Notes under the pieces: model-generated
The model's database searches: none
Seen by the model: only the letters and a program-made list of their open reading frames with translations
What the model was told of the DNA's origin: nothing
Part shown: positions 11,277 through 21,204 of the stretch, piece after piece
Position numbering within the stretch: position 1 is the stretch's first letter
How the letters are laid out: each line of letters opens with the position of its first letter
Origin: Leptolyngbyaceae cyanobacterium
Lineage (GTDB): Bacteria; Cyanobacteriota; Cyanobacteriia; Phormidesmidales; Phormidesmidaceae
Reading direction: 5' to 3'
Length of the DNA stretch: 64,000 bases
NCBI GenBank assembly: GCA_965263355.1
Contig: CBDHHL010000025.1
Span: forward strand, 32,001-96,000
Translations under genes and position numbers: made by a program

Positions 11277-12311
11277 TTAAGCCTGACTCGAAAGCCTAAT
11301 TAAAAATTCAGTTCCTTGTCCCAGCTCCGATTGAATTTCCACATATCCGCCATGCTGATCTACTATAATTCGGTGCGCAATTGTCAACCCTAATCCTATC
11401 CCTTGTCCAGCCTCTTGTGTTGTAAAGAAAGGGTCAAATATTTTATCAAGGATCTCAGACGAGATGCCAATGCCATTGTCTTTGATACTGACAACAACTT
11501 GTTGATTAGATTGATATGCGGTTGTAATGGTAATGATACCAGGGTCAGACGGTTGGTTCCTTGCCTGAACCTTTTTTACGATAATTGCATCAATTGCATT
11601 GTTCAAAATATTAATTAATGCTTGATTGAAGTCTCCAGCAGAACAAGCCACAAACGGAAGTTCACCATAGTTTCTAATAACTTGAATATCAGACAGTTTT
11701 TGTTGAAGAAGCATCAAGATATTATCAATACTTTCGTGGATATTAACCGCCTTATAGCCAGCTTCATGCAGACGGGAAAAGTTGCGAAGGGCTAGGACAA
11801 TATCTCGAATCCGCTGCGTTCCTCGATTCATAGAATGTAAAATTTTTGGAATATCGTCTTCAATTAATGAAATATCGATATCCTCACTGTCTACATAAAA
11901 CTCTGCTGGAGGGGATGGGAAATAGCGATGATATAAATGGATTAACTTAAATAAGTCTTGAACATATTCGTCCAAATGTTCAATGTTACTGTAAATAAAT
12001 CCAATCGGGTTATTAATCTCATGGGCAATACCTGCAGTGGTTTGCCCTAATACAGACATTTTAGCACTTTGCACCAGTTGTACCTGCATCAGCTGCATGG
12101 CATCTAGAGCATTTTGTAAATCTTGGCTCTTTTGTTCGAGAGTTTCTTTAGATAGTTGCAGTTGACGGATAACATTCTTAAGCAATGCTTCTTTAGCCGC
12201 TATATCAGATTCTATTTGTTTGCGCTCCTTTTCAGATCGCTCCAATTTCTTTCGCAAAACGCGAATGGTTTTCTCTAATTCTTCAACCTTTCCGTGCTGC
12301 TGTTCTCCCAT
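11277..12311 (-). CDS. Sensor-less histidine kinase with N-terminal coiled coil
   Basis: AHEINNP, NILNNAID, DNGIG, FDPFFTT, GIGLGL. ATG 12311 lies 7 bp after the FIST stop and is preferred over the overlapping 12419 start. Confidence 0.9.
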   Translation of the reverse strand: MGEQQHGKVEELEKTIRVLRKKLERSEKERKQIESDIAAKEALLKNVIRQLQLSKETLEQKSQDLQNALDAMQLMQVQLVQSAKMSVLGQTTAGIAHEINNPIGFIYSNIEHLDEYVQDLFKLIHLYHRYFPSPPAEFYVDSEDIDISLIEDDIPKILHSMNRGTQRIRDIVLALRNFSRLHEAGYKAVNIHESIDNILMLLQQKLSDIQVIRNYGELPFVACSAGDFNQALINILNNAIDAIIVKKVQARNQPSDPGIITITTAYQSNQQVVVSIKDNGIGISSEILDKIFDPFFTTQEAGQGIGLGLTIAHRIIVDQHGGYVEIQSELGQGTEFLIRLSSQA

Positions 12312-12318
12312 AAAGCTT

Positions 12319-13476
12319 CTAGGTATCTCCCAAAAGTAGGGTAACAAAGGTTTTGTTATGAAATTTTGATTGGCTGTGCTGTTGCAGTGGTGCAATTTCG
12401 CCATAGGCATAAAAGCCACAGCATGGCAGATTCTGCGGCAAATAAGTTGCCGCTAGCTGATACTCTTGATATGTTAACGTTCCTAAAATACGTCGACGAG
12501 CTGCACAGGAAACTAATAAAAGTGCTGCTGGATTAGCCCCTGGATAGTGGGTGATTGCCTCTTGCAATGAGGTCTCAGAGGCCCTTAAAATGTCTTCACG
12601 CGATGCATCAGTAATCTGGACAATAGCCTGTTCTGGTATATCTGCAAAGAAGGTGACACTGCCAAGGTCTGGATCGTAGCTATTGGGTGCTCGCATATAA
12701 AAGCGATCTTGCTCTTCAAAGACTGCTAAGGCATGGATAGCATAATTTGCAGCAAATGTTTCTGCTCCCAGATATTGTTGGTAAAAATCGAGTGCCCGCT
12801 GATTTTCAATCTCGTATACAACATTATTTTTTGCTTTGGTAATACGACTTTTAGGACTAATCGGTGTCCAGCCACTGGCAACACCATGGGAAACTAGTAA
12901 ATCTCCTGAAAATAACAGTATAGGGATTGAATCGCTTAAAACTTGGTCTTGGAAAAATTGATATGTTTTCTCAAATGTATAATCATCGGCGGTCATACCG
13001 CCTACAATCGGGACATTGTCACCTAAGTTACGTTTGAGGCTTTCCAGAATAACGACGCCACTACTGGTTAAACTTTCGGGAAAGGTCAGACATAACTTAG
13101 GTTGAGCAGAGCTATTTGCCATTGCTTGGGAGATCGCCTGTTGGACTGCCTGGTCAGGATCCTCAGACGCATTACGGCCTAATCCAGCCCACATCTCTAC
13201 GGTATCTGAAGCAAATAACATGAGTGTTAGAGAATCTTGCTGAAATTCTAGTAATGAGGAAATTTCACCATTGGTAGTGCCACCAATCAAAGCAATGTTA
13301 GGAAAGACCTGTTGAATTTTTTCGAGAATTAGTTTGTGATCAAAATCAATTGCTGTGAAGAGCATACCAGCTTGGGGCACTATGCCAGCCAAGGAGTGGG
13401 TACATTCATTGATAACCTCAGTGATTGCCATCAGCGAATCAGGATCATTACTATGACCAATTACACTCTTAAACAT
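12319..13476 (-). CDS. FIST N/C domain signal-transduction protein
   Basis: IGGTTNGEI, VGGMTADD, GWTPI, SCAARR and GFYAYGEIAP...FHNKT motifs typical of FIST_N/FIST_C. Confidence 0.9.
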   Translation of the reverse strand: MFKSVIGHSNDPDSLMAITEVINECTHSLAGIVPQAGMLFTAIDFDHKLILEKIQQVFPNIALIGGTTNGEISSLLEFQQDSLTLMLFASDTVEMWAGLGRNASEDPDQAVQQAISQAMANSSAQPKLCLTFPESLTSSGVVILESLKRNLGDNVPIVGGMTADDYTFEKTYQFFQDQVLSDSIPILLFSGDLLVSHGVASGWTPISPKSRITKAKNNVVYEIENQRALDFYQQYLGAETFAANYAIHALAVFEEQDRFYMRAPNSYDPDLGSVTFFADIPEQAIVQITDASREDILRASETSLQEAITHYPGANPAALLLVSCAARRRILGTLTYQEYQLAATYLPQNLPCCGFYAYGEIAPLQQHSQSKFHNKTFVTLLLGDT

Positions 13477-13699
13477 CAGTTTGAATGGGCAGCAAGCCCC
13501 TAATCTGGCTACATCACTGCTAGTATTCCCTGCGATATGCGCAATTTCACTGTGAATTTTTACATACCCATTAAACGGCTAAAGCTCCATATCTCAGTTT
13601 CAGCAATGCTATCGCCTATATAGACTTGGCCGCCCTTGAGCCGATAGACAACATAGGGGTGGTCCCTTGACAACTCAAGTTTTGACGACAGATGGTTTG

Positions 13700-16600
13700 T
13701 TAATCAGATGGGCTGATACGATAGCAGGTTGATTTGGCTAATGTCATCGGTATATCTGCTATGGCGACTAGTTCTACCTGGCCTTGGTCATTGATTTGCA
13801 ATCCCTGGGCCTCGGTTAACTCCGAGAATTCTGAATCTGTCATTGCTCTCTGATTGACTGTTTCGTTGTTACCAGACACTGTTTCCCGAAGATCGGTCCA
13901 AATTAGTGTCTGATTGAGTAACTCTCCTGAGTTAAGGGGAATCCCTCCTTGACCGGTTACGACAAAACTGGCATCTTCATCTAGTAAACACCCTACTGTT
14001 AATCGATCTTCGGCTCTGACTAACTCTTCAGGCAACTGAACTGGGTCGGATTCAACTTCATCGACAAATTGTTCAATCACAACGGTGCCGTCTAGCCCCA
14101 TTGTGGAACTCGCTGTAATATCACTCAACGGGGTGAGATTATCTCGAAAGGCAATACCCAATAAGGCATTGGTACTAATGGTAACATTCCCCCCTGATCC
14201 TAAAAAGGCATTGGCGGTAATGTCGCTATTTTCGGCAGCAGGTCCTACCACAAAGCCTGCCTCAATATTAATGTTGCCGCCATCACCTCCAGTGCCAATC
14301 ACACCTGCTGTCGCTGAAATAGTTCCCTGCTGTCGCAGAAGTAAAACTTCGTCTAATCCTAGGAAAATATCTCCTCCATTTCCCTGTAAGGATTGAGTGC
14401 TGATAGTTGCTTGATCCCTTATAGTGAGTTGGTCAGCTTCCAGATGAATGTTACCAGCATCTCCTATTCCTGTCGATTGAGCTTCGATAGTGCTGGGAGC
14501 ATTGTTGGGGCTGGTGCCACTAACGGTCACTTGGTCAGCGATAATATTAAGATTGCCAGCATTTTCAGAACCTTGAGTACTGGCACGAATTTGACCCCCG
14601 TTGAGTACCTCTAGGGTATTGGTTTGGATATTGAGGGAACCGCCAGGACCTGTGGATGTGGGAGAGACATCGGTCAGAAGGCTGGAGGAGAAACTATTAT
14701 CTACGGAAGTACCGTCTACAAGAATAGATTGGGCTTGAATATCTAAGAGACCGCTACTGCCACCACCCAACGAGTTGGCAGCGATCGCACTTCCCCCAGC
14801 CACCACCAAATCATTGGTTCTGATAATTAGCTCCCCCGCATTCCCAGTACCAAATACGCTACTGACACCAATACCGGCACCATCGTCCAAACGGATGCGA
14901 TCGCTATTGATTTCTAACCGCCCTCCATCGAGACTGCCAACTGTCCCAGTGGCTAAAATCGAAAACCCACTTAGGTAAAGATCGTTGACATTGATAGTGA
15001 CATCTCCTGGTTCACCTTCATTGTTAAACAGACTCGCGGCATTTGCTATGAGGGCCCCGTCTCGTATGGTTAGTTGATCTGCATTTACCTCAATTGTGCC
15101 TGATAAACCAGAGCCAAAAGCTGTTGCTTGAATGGTTGTTTCACCAAATCCTAGTTCAATCACACGGGAGAACCCTAATTGTTGTGGGTCAAAAATGATA
15201 AACGGACCCGGCTCATCACCAATTAACTCAACCGAGTCAGTCGCACTCAAGGTAATATCGCCTGCATCACCCATACTAAATAATTGGGTATCTGCTGCAA
15301 GTAATGATTGACCTAATGTTCCATCCAAAAGAATTTGGCGGGCCATAAGGTTAATGTTCCCTGCACTACCTGTAGATTGGGTTTGCAAAAAGCCCGACTG
15401 TACGAGGATAATATCCCCAACCTGAATGTCGATATTGCCCGTTGTTTGAACAACAGCACCCATAGACGGTACAGAATTGATAGTACTTTCTAACAGTTTT
15501 ACAGATTGCCCTGCCTGTATCTGAATATTACCAGCAGTCTGACCAAACCCTGCACGGGTGCCAATCGCACTTGCCCCTAATATGAGATCTTGGTTCACTG
15601 TGATATCAATATTTGGACCCTGTTCACCACTGGAGAACGTTAAAACATTTCCTACCTCCGATGCAGTGAGACTATTAGCCTGGATCAGTAGCCTCCCTCC
15701 GTCACCAGTGAATTCAATAATTCCAAAGCTAGGACCAGGGGGCAACCTATCGGGTTGGAAAATGATATCGCCAACCGCTTGAATCGTAAATTGAGGAATA
15801 CCTTCGGCAACAGACACAAACAGGGGATTTGTAATATGAATGTCATTATCACTTTGCAAAGTCACATTGGCACTTACTGTGGATACAGTTCCAGTGCCAT
15901 CGTCTAAAAGACTTAGATTGTTATCTGAGCTTAAACTCAGGGGCGCGAGAGCATTACTAATGATAGGACCAATCAGGGTGAGGTTGCGATCGCTCTCCAC
16001 AACGACCTCATTATTTTGCAGTGCCTGATTAATGGCCTGGTTGGTCAATGGTGCAGTGACAGCAATGGTTAAATCCGTAGGTGAACTTAACTGCAACAGT
16101 CCAAGCTGGTTATCAGCGGTACGGGTATTAATCTCTCCTGTGAGACTTATTGTGCTACCCCGTAACTCAACAGTTCCTCCAGGGATCGTAATTTGGCCTG
16201 CTTGTTGGATAGTCCCACCATCAAAGGTGAGTTGTTGTTTTGGGGCCAAGGTGAGATCAGCCTGGTTCTGGATTAGCCGTTCTGGGGCATTGGCACCCAA
16301 CTGGATACCTGGTAAAACATTGATAGATAGCAAAGGAACAGGTTCAGGGGCTATGGCACTAAAGCTAATATCGCCCACTTGTAACCCATCTGCAGTGCTG
16401 GCAATAAAATTGCCAGAGAGGTCTAGCTGAGCGTTAGGCCCCAAGAAAATACCGTTGGGGTTGAGTAAAAATAAATCGGCGGGTCCTAAAACCCCCAGGG
16501 TACCATCAAGGTTAGATGGGGTATCCCCTGTAACGCGACTGAGGATAGTGTCAATGCCTTGGGGATTGACAAAGACGACCTGCTGACCATCGACTACATT

Positions 16601-16795
16601 AAACTGGTCAAAACTATGGAAAAGGGCCACACCACGATTAGCCCCCCCCTCAATGGTGATCTGATTTCCCTGGAGTTGCAATTGGGAGGAGTCTGAACTT
16701 AGAGTTGTATCAGGGACTATTTGCGCCAGGCTGAAAGAGGCGTCACCCAGCCATAGTAGTAGGGACCACAAACCTATAAAGTGCTTTGCATTCAT
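13700..16795 (-). CDS. Filamentous haemagglutinin N-terminal (TPS) domain exoprotein
   Basis: Signal peptide ending SLA-QIVPD, LFHSFDQFNV, LLNPNGI TPS motif, repeated GNAG/GGxI beta-helix units, C-terminal NSDITANAF...SDITASS...FVVTGQGGIP. Confidence 0.9.
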   Translation of the reverse strand: MNAKHFIGLWSLLLWLGDASFSLAQIVPDTTLSSDSSQLQLQGNQITIEGGANRGVALFHSFDQFNVVDGQQVVFVNPQGIDTILSRVTGDTPSNLDGTLGVLGPADLFLLNPNGIFLGPNAQLDLSGNFIASTADGLQVGDISFSAIAPEPVPLLSINVLPGIQLGANAPERLIQNQADLTLAPKQQLTFDGGTIQQAGQITIPGGTVELRGSTISLTGEINTRTADNQLGLLQLSSPTDLTIAVTAPLTNQAINQALQNNEVVVESDRNLTLIGPIISNALAPLSLSSDNNLSLLDDGTGTVSTVSANVTLQSDNDIHITNPLFVSVAEGIPQFTIQAVGDIIFQPDRLPPGPSFGIIEFTGDGGRLLIQANSLTASEVGNVLTFSSGEQGPNIDITVNQDLILGASAIGTRAGFGQTAGNIQIQAGQSVKLLESTINSVPSMGAVVQTTGNIDIQVGDIILVQSGFLQTQSTGSAGNINLMARQILLDGTLGQSLLAADTQLFSMGDAGDITLSATDSVELIGDEPGPFIIFDPQQLGFSRVIELGFGETTIQATAFGSGLSGTIEVNADQLTIRDGALIANAASLFNNEGEPGDVTINVNDLYLSGFSILATGTVGSLDGGRLEINSDRIRLDDGAGIGVSSVFGTGNAGELIIRTNDLVVAGGSAIAANSLGGGSSGLLDIQAQSILVDGTSVDNSFSSSLLTDVSPTSTGPGGSLNIQTNTLEVLNGGQIRASTQGSENAGNLNIIADQVTVSGTSPNNAPSTIEAQSTGIGDAGNIHLEADQLTIRDQATISTQSLQGNGGDIFLGLDEVLLLRQQGTISATAGVIGTGGDGGNINIEAGFVVGPAAENSDITANAFLGSGGNVTISTNALLGIAFRDNLTPLSDITASSTMGLDGTVVIEQFVDEVESDPVQLPEELVRAEDRLTVGCLLDEDASFVVTGQGGIPLNSGELLNQTLIWTDLRETVSGNNETVNQRAMTDSEFSELTEAQGLQINDQGQVELVAIADIPMTLAKSTCYRISPSD

Positions 16796-16868
16796 CCCCA
16801 GACAGCCTGACTCCACAACCGCTAAAACCAATGAAGTCACTGTATCATAGGCTGCCTATTTCACTACC

Positions 16869-17181
16869 TCATCCTCGAATCACAGTAATCTAGCGACCAT
16901 TAGCTGTTTTAGTAGATTCTGTCTCCCATGGGTAACACCCCTTCGCATCGATCAAGAATTGCTAGCCAGCTAGCCCCTAACCTTAACCCTGCTAAATATT
17001 TATCCAACTACCAGACCAGCCTTCAACGGATTCGGTCGTTCCGGTCGCCATACCTTAAGTTCAATGCTCAGGGTAACTGTCGCCCATAGCGCGAAATAGA
17101 CCGATCCGATCCGTACCAATGACATATATTCTCTCTAACGCCCCACCACCATTGACCACCCGATACAAAAACGCCATCATC
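16869..17181 (-). pseudogene. Degenerate 3' fragment of the AAA-ATPase/PD-(D/E)xK gene family (third copy)
   Basis: Colinear nucleotide similarity to 43904-44228 and 49184-49508 (TCCTCGAATCAC, TTATCCAACT, CGGTCGtt/ccCCGGTCGCCATACCTT, CCGATCcGTACCAATG, GCCATCATC), with indels and stops. Confidence 0.85.
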
Positions 17182-17334
17182 TCCACAGAGAGGTTAGAAA
17201 AAGAAACTCATAAATCCGTAAAAATCCTGATTAATAAGGCAGCAAATGATGTTCAGAGACTCTCCACTAGACTTCAGTTGTTCTCATAGAAGATTGAATT
17301 TGTCTTAACATTGCAAAATGTTACCCTTGTGAGG

Positions 17335-17352
17335 ATTTTACCTGGATTTTAC
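17335..17352 (+). promoter_or_regulatory. ATTTTAC-N4-ATTTTAC direct-repeat site A
   Basis: ATTTTACCTGGATTTTAC about 80 bp upstream of ATG 17434. Confidence 0.65.
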
Positions 17353-17433
17353 TTTTTGGTATTTAGATAATGTTTGTTGTCAACTATGGCAGTAGGCGCA
17401 AATTGTGAACATTTAGTTAGCGGAAAAAGCATA

Positions 17434-17739
17434 ATGTTTAAAAAAGTTGCTAAGAGTCTGATCCTGGGAATTCTATTCTATTCTCTGTTGTTTGTATCTC
17501 CGATGCTGCCAACAACTAGTCCAGCTGCAGCCCAAACCTTTGGGCAAGCTAATACTATCATTCTGGAAATGAGTGGCAGTTCGGATGATATTAAGGATCT
17601 AAGATATGGAGAAGGTAAGATCTACAATAAGATTTCAAAGGCTATTAATAGCCTACAGGCTGACGGTGAGGTTAGTGAGAATGCTCAGCCTATTATTGTG
17701 GTAGTGAAACAGAAAAAAAAGAGGTCAATGGATTGGTAG
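17434..17739 (+). CDS. Small secreted hypothetical protein
   Basis: MFKKVAKSLILGILFYSLLFVSPMLPTTSPAAA-Q looks like a Sec signal peptide; upstream motif and downstream hairpin support a real gene. Confidence 0.7.
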   Translation: MFKKVAKSLILGILFYSLLFVSPMLPTTSPAAAQTFGQANTIILEMSGSSDDIKDLRYGEGKIYNKISKAINSLQADGEVSENAQPIIVVVKQKKKRSMDW

Positions 17740-17781
17740 AGATGATGCCTATTAAAGGCAATTAGGCATAGTAGTTTTGTA

Positions 17782-17823
17782 AAAAGCAGCGCTCGTGACA
17801 ACCTGAAACGAGCGTTTGCTTTA
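17782..17823. terminator. Probable bidirectional intrinsic terminator
   Basis: AAAAGCAGCGCTCGT-loop-ACGAGCGTTTGCTTTT stem flanked by A and T tracts, downstream of the 17739 stop. Confidence 0.65.
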
Positions 17824-17926
17824 TTCTTATCTTGAGGGGTCGGCTGCGACACAAACTCAGCTCACCTCTGCAAGGGATTACGTCTGCAGCATTGCCCTTG
17901 TCTTATGCAGAGAGGAAGTTCCTAAT

Positions 17927-18047
17927 GCCATCTCTTTCACCAACATTCACCGCTGTGGCGAACACTTGCAAGACTAAGCCCAACGTATCTACCGCTAGAA
18001 ATCGTTTTTGTCCTTTGATGAGCTTGCCCCATCAAAGCTGACGACTT
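17927..18047 (-). mobile_element. IS5-family transposase fragment
   Basis: Minus strand reads FDG/(frameshift)GKLIKGQKRFLAVDTLGLVLQVFATAVNVGERDG, matching the IS5 DDE motif GKxxKGRKRxxxVDTLG. Confidence 0.8.
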
Positions 18048-18140
18048 TATTCATCTGAACAATTTCCAAAGTATAGCTGATTGTGAGTACATGATGAGTG
18101 AATAAAATAATCTCAATATTTCTGAAAATTTCACTTCAAT

Positions 18141-18158
18141 ATTTTACCAATATTTTAC
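18141..18158 (+). promoter_or_regulatory. ATTTTAC-N4-ATTTTAC direct-repeat site B
   Basis: ATTTTACCAATATTTTAC followed 7 bp later by TGCTTTAAT; about 0.5 kb upstream of the PLP-enzyme cluster. Confidence 0.55.
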
Positions 18159-18667
18159 CTTTGGCTGCTTTAATGGAAGTAGATAAGCTTTGAAGTAAGA
18201 GTTGTCTAATATGATTTAGACTTCTTATTTATAGAAGACTTATCTGACTGGTAAGTTGTGGCGTAAATTGTTTGATTATTGCTGATTGTGAGCATATTAT
18301 GGATAGATAAGATAGTTTTGGTGTTGTCACCAAAATGCACCAGCAATTTAAGGCAATAAATTAGTGATGAGTGTCTTGGTTAAAGAGGCTGTACCAGCCT
18401 GCAATATTAAATGTTAATCAAGCCTCCACTTGCTGTATGGCATGTCAGAACGTGAGGTTTTGCGCTCTTTTCTATAAGTGTTTCGAGTTGTTGTGTGCTT
18501 GTAGTCAACGTAATTGTCTTAAGAAGTAATTTGGCAGAAAAACTGACCGCTATTGTTGAAATCATTGAGCAATTGTGGGTTTCGTCTATTGTCCTAAGTT
18601 GATTATTCACCTTATCGCTCAAGTTGATAGTTGATATTGCTTTTAATTCAACGTCTACGTAATTTTA

Positions 18668-19891
18668 GTGATTTTGTTCATGGATAGCGTTCGCATGATG
18701 ATGATGAATCATATAGTCCAATCTAACCTAACTCAATATGAAGCCGAGGCTTTAGGGCAACAGTTCAATTATACCAATGCGTTTAATCAACAATCTCAAC
18801 CAGCTTGTCAGCGAAGAGTTATCGATAAACTTCCGGACATCTGGATGGAAACAGAGGAATTAAAGCAGAATGTTTTTGAAAATCGCTTTCTTGAAATCTT
18901 TTATGGCGTTCGTGGCATCGAGAATGGGCTTAGCTCAAGCAATGTAATGTTGCACTACTCTGCCTCCATTGCAATTGTTCATGTCGCAAACTATTTATCG
19001 AAAAAGAATCTAAGTGTTAGCCTGATCGAACCGTGCTTTGATAGTCTTTTTCAGGTGCTGGAACATCAAAATATTCAGATTTCTCCCCTTCAAGAAGAGC
19101 TACTGCATGACAGTGACAGTATTTATGAAAATCTGGTGCGACATGTCCAAGCAGATGCCCTTTTTCTTGTAGATCCAAATAATCCTACAGGATTTACAAC
19201 ATTGGGGGAAAAAAACAGAAAGTCATTTGAGGAAATCATAAGGTTCTGCAAAGATTATGATAAAATCCTAATTTTTGATCACTGTTTTGCATCTTTTTTG
19301 GCTTTCGATAATCGAGTGAAGTTGTACGATACTTATCATCTTCTGGAAAAGTCTGGAGTCAATTATATGGTAATTGAAGACACTGGAAAGTTCTGGCCAA
19401 TTCAAAGTACTAAGGTAGGAGTTTTAAAAGTTGCTAAAACTTTGTATCAAGAGATGCATGACATTTATACATCTTATCTTCTTAATGTCTCTCCATTTGT
19501 CCTGAACTTCTTAAGTGCGTACATCTTGGAGTCGTATCATGATAATTTTTACTCTATTAGAAGCTTACTAGCAAGGAATAGAGAGGTTCTAAAAGAAAGC
19601 CTTAAAGGCCAAATCTTGAAAGTCCTTGATAGTGATGCTAATACAAGTGTAGCGTGGTGTAAGATTCAGGATTCTAGCTTTAAATCAACTGATCTACAAA
19701 GATTTTTAATTGAAGAAAAAGGAGTGCATGTTCTGCCTGGAACATTTTTCTACTGGAATGAACCCTATCGAGGCGAGAAATATATCAGGATTGCATTAGC
19801 AAGGGATACCGAAAATTTCATACAAGGAATAACTCTTTTGAAACAGGGTCTCGAAGAATTCACTAAAAAGTGTTGTTTTTCTAATAAATAA
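18668..19891 (+). CDS. Fold-type I PLP-dependent enzyme of the RohP/MppP (arginine oxidase) family
   Basis: NLTQYE, LIEPCFD, LFLVDPNNPTGF, FEEIIRFCKD, DHCFASF, IEDTGK(PLP Lys)FWP, LLNVSPFVLN, VLPGTFFYW, IRIALAR resemble RohP/MppP as I recall them. True start is probably one of the MMMM codons. Confidence 0.8.
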   Translation: MILFMDSVRMMMMNHIVQSNLTQYEAEALGQQFNYTNAFNQQSQPACQRRVIDKLPDIWMETEELKQNVFENRFLEIFYGVRGIENGLSSSNVMLHYSASIAIVHVANYLSKKNLSVSLIEPCFDSLFQVLEHQNIQISPLQEELLHDSDSIYENLVRHVQADALFLVDPNNPTGFTTLGEKNRKSFEEIIRFCKDYDKILIFDHCFASFLAFDNRVKLYDTYHLLEKSGVNYMVIEDTGKFWPIQSTKVGVLKVAKTLYQEMHDIYTSYLLNVSPFVLNFLSAYILESYHDNFYSIRSLLARNREVLKESLKGQILKVLDSDANTSVAWCKIQDSSFKSTDLQRFLIEEKGVHVLPGTFFYWNEPYRGEKYIRIALARDTENFIQGITLLKQGLEEFTKKCCFSNK

Positions 19892-19971
19892 TTTTTAGGT
19901 AACATTCTGAAGAATTACTACCAGTTCAAGGTGTAGTGAATTGGACAAAACCGCTTAGAAAGGTTAAAGCT

Positions 19972-21183
19972 ATGCAGTTAAATGACTTAGTGCACAACTG
20001 GAATAATTTTTCTCAAAGTGTTTCGAAGAACATTCACCTATGTGATGAAACATTGCGTGATGGGTTAGAAGGTGGTGTGAACCGGCTCCCTTCCCTGGAG
20101 GAAAAGCTAGATCTATTGAGTCTGGCAGATGCCTCGGGCATTGGCGACGTCATGGTCGGTTTTCCGGGGCAAGAGGTGACCTATCAGAATGCTCTTGCTA
20201 TTTGCAAAGGTGTGAAGCGTAAGGGACTGGAGACTCGACTTGGTCTACTAGGACGTATGGTTGAGGCAGATATCCAAGCCATTGATAATATTCGTCAAAG
20301 TAGTGGCTGCTCTGTGGTTGCTCATCTATTTATACCCTGTTCTCCGATTCGTCGTTATGTAGAACAGTGGGATATTGATGAATTAGAGAAACTAACTCGT
20401 TTTGGTGTTGGATTAGCGGTAAAACTTGGCTTACCCGTTAATTTCTCACCTGAGGATACGTCAAGAGCCGAGCCGAAGGTTGTTGAGCGTTTAAGTCGAC
20501 TTGCCGTTGAAGAAGGTGCGACAGAAATTACTATCTGTGACACGGTCGGTTGTCTTAATCCTGTAGGGACACAGCACCTCGTTCAGTTTTTTCGAGACTT
20601 TTTGGGTAAGGACAAGGAGCGAGTCCGATTAGACTTTCATGGTCATAATGATCGAGGATTAGCATTAGCTAATTCCTTAGCCGCAATTGCTGCAGGAGCT
20701 GATTGCATTCAAGGCACTATGCTTGGTATTGGTGAACGAGCAGGCAATGCTCCTCTTGACCTGATTATGGTCAATCTTCAGATGCAGGGATTGTGGAATC
20801 GTAACCCCCTGATAAATTTAAGAAAATACTGTACAGAGGTGGCCAGACTGTGTGACGTAAAAATCCCTGATAAATATCCAGTTTTTGGTAATCAGAGTTT
20901 CACAACGCAGATGGGGGTTCACGCATCTGCTATCCTTAAAGCAAAACTTCGTCAAAATGAGGATATAGCTGCCTGTATTTACTCTGGAGTTAATCCAAGC
21001 TTAGTTGGATTAAATTACAATATTCAGGTTGGGCCTTACAGTGGTCGTTCAAATGTCGAATATATTATGAATCAACATGGTATGCAGCTAACTGATGAAA
21101 CCATTGGTAATATTTTGGCAACAGCTCGTACTGAAAATCGAGTCCTAACAGAAACGGAAGTTCTTACATTAGCAAAACAATAA
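19972..21183 (+). CDS. LeuA/homocitrate-synthase-like (DRE-TIM) acyl-CoA:2-oxoacid condensing enzyme, no regulatory domain
   Basis: DETLRDGLE, PEDTSR, ICDTVG, HGHNDRGLALAN, GIGERAGN, GVHASAI; about 400 aa. ATG 19972 preferred over GTG 19936. Confidence 0.85.
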   Translation: MQLNDLVHNWNNFSQSVSKNIHLCDETLRDGLEGGVNRLPSLEEKLDLLSLADASGIGDVMVGFPGQEVTYQNALAICKGVKRKGLETRLGLLGRMVEADIQAIDNIRQSSGCSVVAHLFIPCSPIRRYVEQWDIDELEKLTRFGVGLAVKLGLPVNFSPEDTSRAEPKVVERLSRLAVEEGATEITICDTVGCLNPVGTQHLVQFFRDFLGKDKERVRLDFHGHNDRGLALANSLAAIAAGADCIQGTMLGIGERAGNAPLDLIMVNLQMQGLWNRNPLINLRKYCTEVARLCDVKIPDKYPVFGNQSFTTQMGVHASAILKAKLRQNEDIAACIYSGVNPSLVGLNYNIQVGPYSGRSNVEYIMNQHGMQLTDETIGNILATARTENRVLTETEVLTLAKQ

Positions 21184-21204
21184 ATGATCTAACCTAGAAC
21201 ATTA

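Noticed and set aside
17782..17900. Possible SAH or other riboswitch (GAGGGGTCGGCTGCGAC, GCGCTCG)
   Set aside because: Element order does not fit the SAH aptamer, and it is far from ahcY; the stem is better explained as a terminator beside an IS5 scar.
18076..18292. 12-bp direct repeat GCTGATTGTGAG 205 bp apart
   Set aside because: Possibly an old promoter duplication, but similarity decays quickly and no function can be supported.
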